A DNA stretch of 64,000 nucleotides, taken from contig JAMDDH010000047.1 in assembly GCA_023488885.1 (NCBI GenBank), positions 19,079-83,078 on the forward strand. Reading direction: 5' to 3'. Positions 1 to 8,215 of the stretch are shown here, piece after piece. The notes under the pieces were generated by a model that was not told the origin of the DNA, did no database searches, and was given only the letters and a program-made list of their open reading frames with translations. The number at the start of each line of letters is the position of its first letter. Positions within the stretch are counted from its first letter, which is position 1. The DNA comes from Thermoplasmatota archaeon. GTDB taxonomy: Archaea; Thermoplasmatota; Thermoplasmata; Thermoplasmatales; Thermoplasmataceae. Position numbers and translations under genes: made by a program.

Positions 1-1095
1 TTTATCACACCGTATAACCTTATCCTTCTGAGCCCTTATCCTTCGTTCTCCTTGAGATACCTGCCCGGATTCACCCCAATGTTTTTCCTGTCGGAAGGTA
101 TAATACTTTTTCCATCAATTGGTTATTCCGTATTTTCCCTCTATAAAAAGAAAGATTCGTTTCAGAATTTTATCCTCCTTTCACTTGCGGTTGGCGGGTA
201 CCTTTCCCCAATCCTGAGCCTTGCTAATGCACCAAGTTTTGCAGTTGAGTCGGAGACGATTTTTGCTTTTCCTGCTTTTGCAATATTAATTTCCGTATTT
301 TCCCTCAGGTTACTTAGGTTAACTGGGAAGGGGACCACTTTAAGATTCGGAGTGATCTATTTGCATTATAAAAAGGCCGCCTTGACAGTTATCATATTTT
401 TGCTTGCACTAATGTTGATAAATGTTGTTGGATTCTTCGTTGGCCTTTCGACACATTACAATAATTATGTCATTGATAATAGTAAAAGCAACTTCTACCC
501 ATATTATGGTTTAAGGCAAAGTGCGGACTATATAGTTTCGCATAATCTTACTTCGTACCCCCTATATTATTATCCTAATACTTCGTATGACAACTGGGTC
601 AATTTAACAACTTCTGAAGCAATTTCATATTGGTTCTATGCCGAAGGTTACCCATTTCAATATCTCAATGAATACTCGTACGGAAAGATCAAATTCATTA
701 AACTTATTGAACCCAGCACCTTTCCTGCTGTCGGACCAGGCGGGGTTATTATACTGAGCCAGAATATTTCATATAGTAAAGTTCTGTCAAAATCCGGTTA
801 TTTAGTTAAAACTCTTTACGAAGTGTTGCGCCCAGACAAAGAAATAGCCTGGCAGATCATTAAAGTGACACCCAACCTGAATGAAGCGCTTGGAATAATA
901 CAAAAAGCCACGCTGGCGAATGATTCTCGAAATATTACAGGCCTAAATTCAAATTTCCCCCTCGGACTGAAATTGATAATAACAAACACAGAATTCAAAA
1001 ATGAAAGGCTTTCGCCTCTTCTTAGGGATGCGTATTTCATCAACATAGGATTGAGTAACGGCACAAACTTTCCATGGCTCTCACCAAGCGTTTAG
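1..1095 (+). CDS. 3' part of a large polytopic membrane protein gene that starts upstream of the window; function unknown
   Basis: The frame of ORF 52..1095 stays open back to nt 1, so the TTG at 52 is probably internal. The first ~130 aa are hydrophobic helices, followed by an N/Y/S-rich soluble tail. It lies at the edge of the glycosyltransferase island. Confidence 0.5.
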   Translation, partial: FITPYNLILLSPYPSFSLRYLPGFTPMFFLSEGIILFPSIGYSVFSLYKKKDSFQNFILLSLAVGGYLSPILSLANAPSFAVESETIFAFPAFAILISVFSLRLLRLTGKGTTLRFGVIYLHYKKAALTVIIFLLALMLINVVGFFVGLSTHYNNYVIDNSKSNFYPYYGLRQSADYIVSHNLTSYPLYYYPNTSYDNWVNLTTSEAISYWFYAEGYPFQYLNEYSYGKIKFIKLIEPSTFPAVGPGGVIILSQNISYSKVLSKSGYLVKTLYEVLRPDKEIAWQIIKVTPNLNEALGIIQKATLANDSRNITGLNSNFPLGLKLIITNTEFKNERLSPLLRDAYFINIGLSNGTNFPWLSPSV

Positions 1096-1286
1096 AATGG
1101 TACTGTTGGATACCTTCAACTTGAAACACCGAATTTCTCGTACGTAAGATATATAACAGCAATTATAGATGACTTTTCCTAAAAAGCCCTTCGCATGATC
1201 CACTTCAATTATCCCGTGAAATATGTTCTGCAGTCAATGATTCCCACAGTCTGCAGGAGAAACCTTTATTCATGTGACTCTTTAAT

Positions 1287-2186
1287 TTATTCAAGAATTG
1301 AGCGTTTAGCATATAAATATCCTTGAATTAGTCGTTGTTTAGTTTTGTTACTGAACCGCTCCTGCGGTTTAGTGTATGTCACTATAAATCCAGAGTGTTC
1401 TAGCTTTTCTTTTAACTTTTCATATCCTTTGTGGTATTCTATTATTATTTTGGAAAATCTATTGAGGGTTTGATCGCTTTCATTCAGTATATTATATTCA
1501 CATCCTTCGCAGTCCATCTTTAACAAGATATTCATATTCTTTTCTTCAATAAATCTGCTCAAAATTGTTCGTAATGAAAATACTGGTATCTCCAATCCAT
1601 TTTTGTATTCCTTGAGTGCAGTTCCAGTGTTTGCAATCTTATTTTCCACTTTAATTGTTCCATCAACTCCGTAGGCAGCATTGATTATCTGAACTTTATC
1701 TTCCAATTTGTTCAGATTTATGTTTTTGATTGCCATTTCATAGTTATACTTGTAAGGCTCCAATGCGACGGTTAAATAGGCACCTTCTAATGCAAACCAT
1801 ATACTTGAATCAGCAATATTTGCTCCCAGGTCAATCACGATATTAGAATCAATAGGTTCCAGAAACAGGTATTCGCCTGCGAAACTAGAAAATTCACCAT
1901 TCACTTTACCATCTTCAAATACATTCATTTTAACTGTCACATCATCATACTTGAAAGTAAATATCCCTGAAGAAATATCAAATGTAAAATCATTCTCTTT
2001 ACCGATAGATATTTGATGTAAGCTTAATTCTTTAATGGCATATACCAGTTCGGGCGGGACCCGCAGTGAGGATTTGGTTTCAAGAACTACATTGATAAAA
2101 TCTTTACGACTGAGTAGACTAAACAAAACCGAAGGCCAGTTTTTATAAGTATTCATATATTCTCTTACCGTTTTGATCCTGCTCAT
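1287..2186 (-). CDS. FkbM-family SAM-dependent methyltransferase
   Basis: VIDLGANIADSSIWFALEGA (SAM motif I) and LKMDCEGCEYNIL (FkbM D-x-EG-x-E motif). Confidence 0.8.
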   Translation of the reverse strand: MSRIKTVREYMNTYKNWPSVLFSLLSRKDFINVVLETKSSLRVPPELVYAIKELSLHQISIGKENDFTFDISSGIFTFKYDDVTVKMNVFEDGKVNGEFSSFAGEYLFLEPIDSNIVIDLGANIADSSIWFALEGAYLTVALEPYKYNYEMAIKNINLNKLEDKVQIINAAYGVDGTIKVENKIANTGTALKEYKNGLEIPVFSLRTILSRFIEEKNMNILLKMDCEGCEYNILNESDQTLNRFSKIIIEYHKGYEKLKEKLEHSGFIVTYTKPQERFSNKTKQRLIQGYLYAKRSILE

Positions 2187-2244
2187 TAAAACTTCCTTCT
2201 GTATATGCAGTATCTCCGATGGGTGTTAAGCTTTTTGGTTAGCA

Positions 2245-2455
2245 CTATGGTGATTATATCCGGTTAGATAAATAATAATAGTCCTTCAGGCAATGCCAAA
2301 GGAATAAACATGATTAAGCGCTATGAAACATTCATTTTTCCCGAGGTATAAGCAATCTCCGTCTGCTTCCCGTTGTACGGAGTATCATACAGCGAATCTG
2401 CAAGGATCATTTTCGTTCCCGCATTAACCAGTTTCAGTATATTCGATCTGGTCAT
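2245..2455 (-). mobile_element. 3'-terminal remnant of an IS (second copy of the element at 6822..7985), cut off by a group II intron
   Basis: 2319..2455 is 137/137 identical to 6886..7022 (last codons plus stop of transposase ORF 6888..7985). 2245..2318 is a diverged match to 6822..6885. Identity ends abruptly at 2455/2456. Confidence 0.8.
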
Positions 2456-2485
2456 GGCGGAGATTTCGTCCAGTTCCCCCTCTTG

Positions 2486-2518
2486 GAACCGTACGTGAGG
2501 ATTTCCCTCATACGGCTC
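2486..2518 (-). ncRNA. Group II intron domain V (intron A)
   Basis: The minus strand reads GAGCCGUAUGAGGGAAAUCCUCACGUACGGUUC. The lower stem is GAGCCGUAU/GUACGGUUC with the AGC triad, there is an AC bulge, and the upper stem is GAGG/CCUC with a GAAAU loop. Confidence 0.8.
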
Positions 2519-2543
2519 TCAGGTGGCCGCATCCCATGCAGCA

Positions 2544-3032
2544 TTACGGTCTGGTTTGAATGGTTTTAAACCCTATTTTCTTCATGTATTCGAGATCGTA
2601 TTCCCTGTAACCGAATCCGGATTTTGTGTGCCTTTTCCTGAGGTATTTGCGCAGACGGTTCAGGGCATAGTTCTGCACCTTTTCAAGTGACTTGTATGCA
2701 TTGATGTCCCTGTAGTAATTCGACCAGCCTCTCATCAGCAGATTGAGTGATTTTACTGTTTCAGATATGTCTTCGTTGACTGCTCTCTGTGTGATGTCTT
2801 TAATCCTTGTCTTCACAGATTTGATTGACTGTTTTGCCGGTCTGGTGTATGTATATTCCTTTCCATAGGAATGCACATATTTCCTGAAGAACCTGAAGCC
2901 GAGGAATTCGAATCCCTCTCTGGTTGTTGTTATCCTCGTCTTCTCTGCGTTGAGTTCAAGGTTGAGATTGCCCAGTATCGTCCCGATGAATGGTATGGCT
3001 TTCCGGAATGGTCTAGAGGAGAGGACGATAAG
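2544..3032 (-). pseudogene. Group II intron reverse transcriptase/maturase, C-terminal fragment (intron A)
   Basis: LIVLSS...LNLELNAEKTRITTTREGFEFLGFRF (RT blocks 6-7) and RGWSNYYR (maturase domain X). There is no N-terminal RT and the YADD codons are replaced by intron B sequence. Confidence 0.8.
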
Positions 3033-3071
3033 GTAAGTAGACCGGAGGAATTTCACCTCCAGTCTCTCTCA

Positions 3072-3105
3072 GAACCGGACTTGAACCTCTCAGCTCATCC
3101 GGCTC
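3072..3105 (-). ncRNA. Group II intron domain V (intron B)
   Basis: The minus strand reads GAGCCGGAUGAGCUGAGAGGUUCAAGUCCGGUUC. The lower stem is GAGCCGGAU/GUCCGGUUC with the AGC triad, there is an AA bulge, and the upper stem is short. Confidence 0.7.
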
Positions 3106-3602
3106 CCATTATCCCGGCCAGGTAAAATACCCATCTTCCACTGTATGAAGAGTTCAGGTTCACGCGTTGCTATGCTTCTCAGCCATTGTTCTGCCTTTTT
3201 CCTGTGTCTGTGCAACTTCCTGTACTTGCGTCTCGCCCACAGGACAAGTGCGTGGTTCATCTGTCTTAACACCGGATACGTCGCAGACTTGTAGAAGTTC
3301 TTGAAATAATTGACCCATCCCATGATTGAAGGATTGAACATCCCTGACAGATCTTCCAGGGATTTGTCCGGTTTGAGGTGCATGCGCCAGTCATGGATCT
3401 TCCGGCGCATCTCCTTCTTTGATGCATTGCTGACGGCAGGAGTGAAGTTCACAAAGAATTTTCCGTACCTGTTCTTCGATCTTCTCGGCCTGAATGTGTA
3501 GCCGAGAAAATCAAAACTCGTTTCCGGATATGTTTCCCTGCGATCATCATCCTTGCAGTAAACTATGTGCGTCTTGTCAGGGTGCATCCGAAGGTTCTGT
3601 AC
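3090..3602 (-). pseudogene. Group II intron reverse transcriptase/maturase, C-terminal fragment (intron B)
   Basis: LRMHPDKTHIVYC, FDFLGYTFRPRR, IMGWVNYF and ELFIQWKMG. The 73 N-terminal residues of track ORF 3090..3821 are read-through into IS3 and are not part of it. Confidence 0.75.
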
Positions 3603-3637
3603 TGTGTCACTCACTTTAGGACAAATCGCGAATTTAA

Positions 3638-4596
3638 TTAACGGAGACTCCCTGTCGCTACACCCCCTTTTCTGTTGTTCATATTGTTTTCCCTCCTTAT
3701 CTTCCTTGCTGTCTCCATCTTTGCCTCCCTCACCGCGAGAAGGACTCCCGGATCTCCGCGGTAATAGTCTACCGGCCTCAGGTAGTTCAGAGACGAATGT
3801 CTTCTCTCGTTGTTGTACCATCCCACTATCCTGTCTATGATTTTCACTGCATCCTGGTAATCCAGCACAACGGCCATGTCTATCTCATCCCTCACGGTCC
3901 GGTTTGTTCTTTCGACGATGGCGTTCTGCTCCGGTGTGTGTGGACGTATCCTCCTATGGGTGAGGTGATTCTCCTTCAGAACGATCCTGAACTCCATGGA
4001 GATGAATGCTGATCCGTTATCCGACTGTATTACCGGTTCTGCAGGCGAATCCTTCCTCAGCTTCTCAACGGCGATCTGGGCCTCGCCGGATACGGCATTG
4101 CCGTCCATTGAGGTCATGAGGCTGTAGTGCGTGATATACCGTGAGTACACATCGATAAATATGATCAGGTAGAAGAATCTTTCACCCACCCTCACATACA
4201 TGATGTCGGTCTGCCAGATTTCGTCGGATGATGGGGCTTATCCTTCTTCTTTGATGACCACAGCCGGTCTCTCCATGGCGTTATGAGGCCGTTCCTTTTC
4301 AGTATCCTGTATACCGATGACGGTGAAAGATATGCGATGTCCTCATCCATCATGGCATATGCGATTTCCCTGTGGTTCATCCCGGGATTTCTCCGCCTGT
4401 ATCCAATGACCAGCCACTCCTCTCCCCTGGCTGCAAGGGGGTTGAATCTCCCCTCAAGGACGGGTTCGAAATGCAGCTGCCTGTAGTACCGGCTCCTGTG
4501 GATTCCAAGCACTCTGAGGGTCTTCGAGACTGTGAATCCTGACCTTTCAACGGTTTTTCCAACCGTGGTCCTGATCTCAAAGAACAGCGATCTCAT
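3638..4596 (-). pseudogene. IS3-family transposase OrfB (integrase/rve core), carrying an extra frameshift
   Basis: It is split over two frames (4192..4596 and 3638..4201). The expected motif SDEIWQTDIMYV is only readable after a frame change near 4205..4240. The DDE core is IFIDVYSRYI..QSDNGSAF..HTPEQNAIVER. Confidence 0.75.
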
Positions 4597-4910
4597 CTCT
4601 TCCCCCCGTAGTTTCCAACTTTTTTTTTGAGATCAAGATTTTCCATTGTTATTTCCGCAATGACGTCCTTGAGCCTCTCATTCTCCTTCTTCTGATCCTC
4701 GATTGTCTTCTGATCCGCTGTGCTCTTCCTTCCCCTGTCGTCGAATACGCTCTCTGCACTCTTTGAAAGCTTCTCCTTCCAGTCGTAGAACCTTGCAGAC
4801 TTGATGTCGTACTTCTTGCACAGGTCCGATACCTGTATGGTTCCGCTCAGGCCTTCCAGCACGATTTTTAATTTTTCCCCGGGCGAATACGCCTTTCTCG
4901 TTTCACTCAT
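4593..4910 (-). CDS. IS3-family transposase OrfA (HTH)
   Basis: KLKIVLEGLSGTIQVSDLCKKYDIKSARFYDWKEKL is typical of IS3/IS911 OrfA, with a leucine-rich coiled C-terminus. Confidence 0.85.
   Translation of the reverse strand: MSETRKAYSPGEKLKIVLEGLSGTIQVSDLCKKYDIKSARFYDWKEKLSKSAESVFDDRGRKSTADQKTIEDQKKENERLKDVIAEITMENLDLKKKVGNYGGKR
4620..4628 (-). promoter_or_regulatory. Programmed -1 ribosomal frameshift slippery run (A9) of IS3 orfA/orfB
   Basis: The minus strand reads CTC AAA AAA AAA G. The -1 frame is open from here into orfB (..KKSWKLRGEEMRSLFF..). Confidence 0.6.
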
Positions 4911-4971
4911 TTCCTGAACATGGCATGTTTCCGTTAATTAATTTTGGAATTTGTCCTATTTTGAGTGAAAC

Positions 4972-5284
4972 ATTTCAAAGATCACAGACGGCGAAGGAAA
5001 TGGGGATGTTCGGAGCACTCACGGCGGTCCTTTCCAACATCGAGAATAATTATTACAATGAAAGGGTTCTTTCAGGCATTGATTTCATGAAGGAGTTCCC
5101 GTCCATCACAAAGGAGGAAATGGATCAGGCTCGGAAGCTCATAAGGCCCAATCCGCGCGAACCCATCATACGGAAGGACAAGGAAAGGAAACCGGTTCTT
5201 GATGCCCTTGTAAAGATTTTTGAAACACACGAGGAATTACCTGCGGAGGAACTGAAAGCATGGGTTGAATCAATCAAGATCTAA
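4972..5284 (+). CDS. Orphan ORF fragment (hypothetical, possibly the C-terminus of a disrupted gene)
   Basis: Track ORF 4925..5284 has its first codons inside the IS3 inverted repeat. The remainder is K/E-rich with no motif I recognise. Confidence 0.25.
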
Positions 5285-5360
5285 GACTATTTTGACGCCA
5301 TATGTCTCAAAGCTCCATAGAACCCAATAATTTTATAACACAAAGGAACATTACTTTTTT

Positions 5361-6545
5361 GTGTTTTATAGCGCGGACACATCTAGGGAAAACATCAATG
5401 TAGGCCTTTTTTCTGATAACAGCCTCCGCTTCTTGGGAGGGGGTGAAATCACGCTTATTGATATTGGGAATTTTCTCTACACGCTTGGAATGGACGTTTC
5501 GGTTATTGATGATTCAAACAGCACAGACTTAGAAAGAATTGACGAGACGAGATTGCGAAACTTGTTAAAGGCAAAATACGCTCCAACTTCCTATGTAGCC
5601 CAAGGAATTTTGAAATTCGTCTATCACCCTATGCCGCCAGCTACTGCCCTTGCTTCCCATAAGGTCAATTTAATTTCCACACACAGAATACCCCACATTA
5701 AGTATCTAAAAAGTGTCTCCAATCTTTCATCTAAAGTAGTACTCTGTTTCCATGGAATCGGTGTGCAGGATAAATGGCCTGCAAATCCTATTATTTGGTT
5801 ATATCAGATATATATGAGGTATGCCGTACGAAGAGTGTCAGAAATAATCAATGTTTCATCAAACTTGTATATTCAGGTTCCCGCTGAATCTACAGCCTCT
5901 CTGCTTGTCCGATCGGGCATAAATCGAGATAGGGTGTTCACGATACCAAGCGGCATTGATCCAATGCGGTGTGAAGTTGGTAGAAATGACGACAAATTCA
6001 TAATTCTTTTTATGGCACGGATGAACGACCTTCAGAAAGGGATCAAAAGGTTTAGAGACATAGTGTGTGAACTTGACAAAATCGCTCCAGATATTGAGAT
6101 AATTGCGCTTGGCTCTGGACCAGATGAGACCTTGCTGAAAGAAATAGATCACAAAAGTTTTCATTATTTAGGATACGTCCAAGATGACATAAAGACCACC
6201 ATGCTGGAAAATGCGAACCTTATGATCATAACCTCAAACATGGAGCCTTTTTCGCTTGTATGCAATGAAGGTCTTTTTTCAGGTTTGCCTGTTGTCTCAA
6301 CTCCAGCGGCCGGTCCTGCTTCAATGCTATCCTCAATTCCAGATGCCGGTAAAGTTTCAGGTTTTTCGAAAAAGAAAATAGTAGCAGATGTAATTTCATA
6401 CTTTGAACAGTGGCGTGAAAACAAGGATGATTACAGCAGGAGAAAGGTACTGCGAAGTTCGCTCGCAAGGGAAAAATACAATCTGGAAACTATGAAAAGA
6501 AATTACTTGAACCTCGTAGAGCGATTGTCTAGCTGTTTGGAATAA
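5361..6545 (+). CDS. Glycosyltransferase, GT4-like (GT-B fold)
   Basis: EPFSLVCNEGLFSGLPVVST (E-x7-E motif), an N-terminal GGGE loop, and a GTG start. Confidence 0.8.
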   Translation: MFYSADTSRENINVGLFSDNSLRFLGGGEITLIDIGNFLYTLGMDVSVIDDSNSTDLERIDETRLRNLLKAKYAPTSYVAQGILKFVYHPMPPATALASHKVNLISTHRIPHIKYLKSVSNLSSKVVLCFHGIGVQDKWPANPIIWLYQIYMRYAVRRVSEIINVSSNLYIQVPAESTASLLVRSGINRDRVFTIPSGIDPMRCEVGRNDDKFIILFMARMNDLQKGIKRFRDIVCELDKIAPDIEIIALGSGPDETLLKEIDHKSFHYLGYVQDDIKTTMLENANLMIITSNMEPFSLVCNEGLFSGLPVVSTPAAGPASMLSSIPDAGKVSGFSKKKIVADVISYFEQWRENKDDYSRRKVLRSSLAREKYNLETMKRNYLNLVERLSSCLE

Positions 6546-6821
6546 TACGTTAGATACAATTTGCGAAGAGACTGTCAAATCTCTGTTGGTTGTCTGTGGC
6601 ACCACTCTTATGTATTTATGGGACCCCCCAGCCGTCTTGAAGTGGTTCCGCAACAATTCCGATCGGACAGAGAAATGCTGGTACGAAATGTTATTTGTCT
6701 TGTTCACCATTGGATTGCAAGTTCCAGCTCTCTTTTCGAACGGGACCGGCATTGCGAGCGGAAATACCGTGATTTGTCACTTTTGAGTTCCTACTAGGTA
6801 TTTGTCAGATGCTATGGTGAT

Positions 6822-7985
6822 TATATACCGTTAGGTAAATAATAATAGCTTCCCGGGGAAAATTGCCGTAAGAACCATAATTTCCCGCTATGAAACATTC
6901 ATTTTTCCCGAGGTATAAGCAATCTCCGTCTGCTTCCCGTTGTACGGAGTATCATACAGCGAATCTGCAAGGATCATTTTCGTTCCCGCATTAACCAGTT
7001 TCAGTATATTCGATCTGGTCATTCCGGGCTTCCTGAACGGTTTCCTGTACTTTGCGAAGACTGCGGGAATATTCCGCTTTCCGAAGACGATCTTCACGTA
7101 TTCCGGATTTCCCATGTTCTGGAAAAGTGCAAGGGATGCGCCGGTCTGTGCCAGGATGTTTCCTGCCACAATGTTTCCGCACCTCTTCCTTATGTTTCTC
7201 GTCACCTTCCTGAAGAACTGTTCCATCATGTTGTTTGTCCTCGGAATGGAATGTTCGGGATTGTTGGCGAACAGCATAGATTCCCGTTCCCTGTACCTGG
7301 AGATTATGTGCTTTGCAGCCCTGAACATGTGGCCGGATATGTTTGCCTTCAGGTATACTTCCATCTCCCCCGCGACAATGTTGCACTGGTCATGGATGGC
7401 ATCATCATCCGTCAGATCATCGGACAGGTTTCCTTTCTCGGGCACCCTGAATGCTGATCTGATCTTCCGGAACAGCATGTTCACGTCGGACAGCTGACCT
7501 GCAATGCTCACAATCTCATGATTCCCGGTGATGCGTCCGATCTCGTTCTCCACGCTGTTCAGCAGGGCCATGGATTCCTCTCCCCTGATCTTTACCGAAA
7601 GATCGGCGAGCTTCTTTCCCGCCTCCCTGCATGCAGTGAAGAAATTCAGGTGCCTGAGCGAGAACGGGAAACCGTAGCCGGAACTTCCGCTGATGTTCAT
7701 GAGGGGTTCGAGAATTCCCCTTATGGCCATGATCTCCATCTTTTCCCGATCGGAGCAGAATCCGTTATCGATCTCGTACAGCGTTTTCTGGCTGTAGTCC
7801 GGTATCGATCCGAGGATTGACTTCAGGGGCGATTTTATTCCGATCCTGCTGATCATGATGCCAAGATCGGTGTGAAGATCCTGCATGAGGTCCTTTCCCA
7901 GATCGCGGAGGAAATGGAACAGGCATATTCTCACAGGTATGCCCGGGAACACCTCGCCGATCGCCCTCAGTATCCCGGATCGCAT
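6822..7985 (-). mobile_element. IS of unassigned family, probably 5'-truncated
   Basis: It contains transposase ORF 6888..7985. Its 3' end is duplicated at 2245..2455. The upstream side abuts an IS3-like inverted-repeat remnant at ~7986. Confidence 0.6.
6888..7985 (-). pseudogene. DDE-type transposase, probably N-terminally truncated (family not assignable by eye)
   Basis: AIGEVFPGIPVRICLFHFLRDLGKDL resembles the post-second-Asp motif of IS256/IS66/ISL3-type transposases, and RTNNMMEQFFRKVTRNIRKR resembles their TNN-x-E motif. The ORF begins exactly at the junction with foreign IS sequence. Confidence 0.55.
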
Positions 7986-8215
7986 CTCTGGACAAACTGC
8001 GGAATTAATTAAGCTACACCTGGCTCATTGCCTTATAAATGACAGAAAGAAAAGTATACAAATCAGAGGAGAAACTGAAAATAGTCCTTGAGGGAATGAA
8101 CGGCACCATCCAGGTATCGGATCTCTGCAGGAAATACGATATCAAGTCTGCAAGGTTCTACGACTGGAAGGAAAAACTCGTGAAATCCTCCTGGATATTC
8201 GATGACCGGGGGAAG
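7986..8215 (+). mobile_element. 5' fragment of a second, diverged IS3-family element (partial IR plus first ~57 codons of orfA)
   Basis: GGACAAACTGCGGAATTAATTAAGC matches the IS3 inverted-repeat core seen at 4936..4971. OrfA-like MTERKVYKSEEKLKIVLEGMNGTIQVSDLCRKYDIKSARFYDWKEKL is ~70% identical to 4593..4910. Confidence 0.7.

Larger units (their letters stand above)
2456..3032 (-). mobile_element. Group II intron A, 3' fragment (RT/maturase C-terminus, domain V, domain VI tail)
   Basis: A minus-strand domain V hairpin and an RT/maturase ORF fragment lie directly next to the break in IS homology. The 5' side is interrupted at ~3033 by a second intron. Confidence 0.75.
3033..3602 (-). mobile_element. 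Group II intron B, 3' fragment inserted into the RT ORF of intron A; truncated on its 5' side by IS3
   Basis: It has its own domain V (3072..3105), a domain VI helix with a single bulged A (3036..3067), and an RT/maturase C-terminus. Confidence 0.7.
3603..4971 (-). mobile_element. IS3-family insertion sequence (1369 bp)
   Basis: Imperfect ~40-bp terminal inverted repeats: TGTGTCACTCA..TAGGACAAAT..AATTAACGG at 3603.. and its complement ending at 4971 (TG...CA ends). It has orfA/orfB architecture with a -1 frame overlap and an A9 slippery run. Confidence 0.85.

Noticed and set aside
3076-3092. The tRNA T-arm-like sequence GGTTCAAGTCCGG
   Set aside because: No acceptor, D or anticodon arms can be drawn around it. 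It is the 3' half of intron B domain V.
2456-3602. The RT fragments as a retron, DGR or Abi-type defence reverse transcriptase
   Set aside because: Both are followed by canonical group II domain V/VI RNA structures and carry maturase domain X motifs. Both are only C-terminal fragments without the catalytic YADD region.
3603-3821. The N-terminal 73 aa of track ORF 3090..3821 (MVQQREKTFV...PKVSDT) as part of a 243-aa RT protein
   Set aside because: This part lies inside the IS3 element, in an alternative frame of orfB beyond the inverted repeat at 3603. Only 3090..3602 carries RT/maturase motifs.
5859-6468. Antisense ORFs 5859..6164, 6164..6424 and 6226..6468 inside the GT4 gene, and similar antisense ORFs throughout the track
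   Set aside because: They overlap longer ORFs that have clear family motifs. They lack motifs of their own and have skewed composition, as expected for shadow ORFs.
6396-6797. ORFs 6396..6752, 6561..6797 and 6586..6786 in the GT4/IS spacer
   Set aside because: They mutually overlap and have no motifs or plausible promoter or start context. The region may be degraded sequence next to the IS end.
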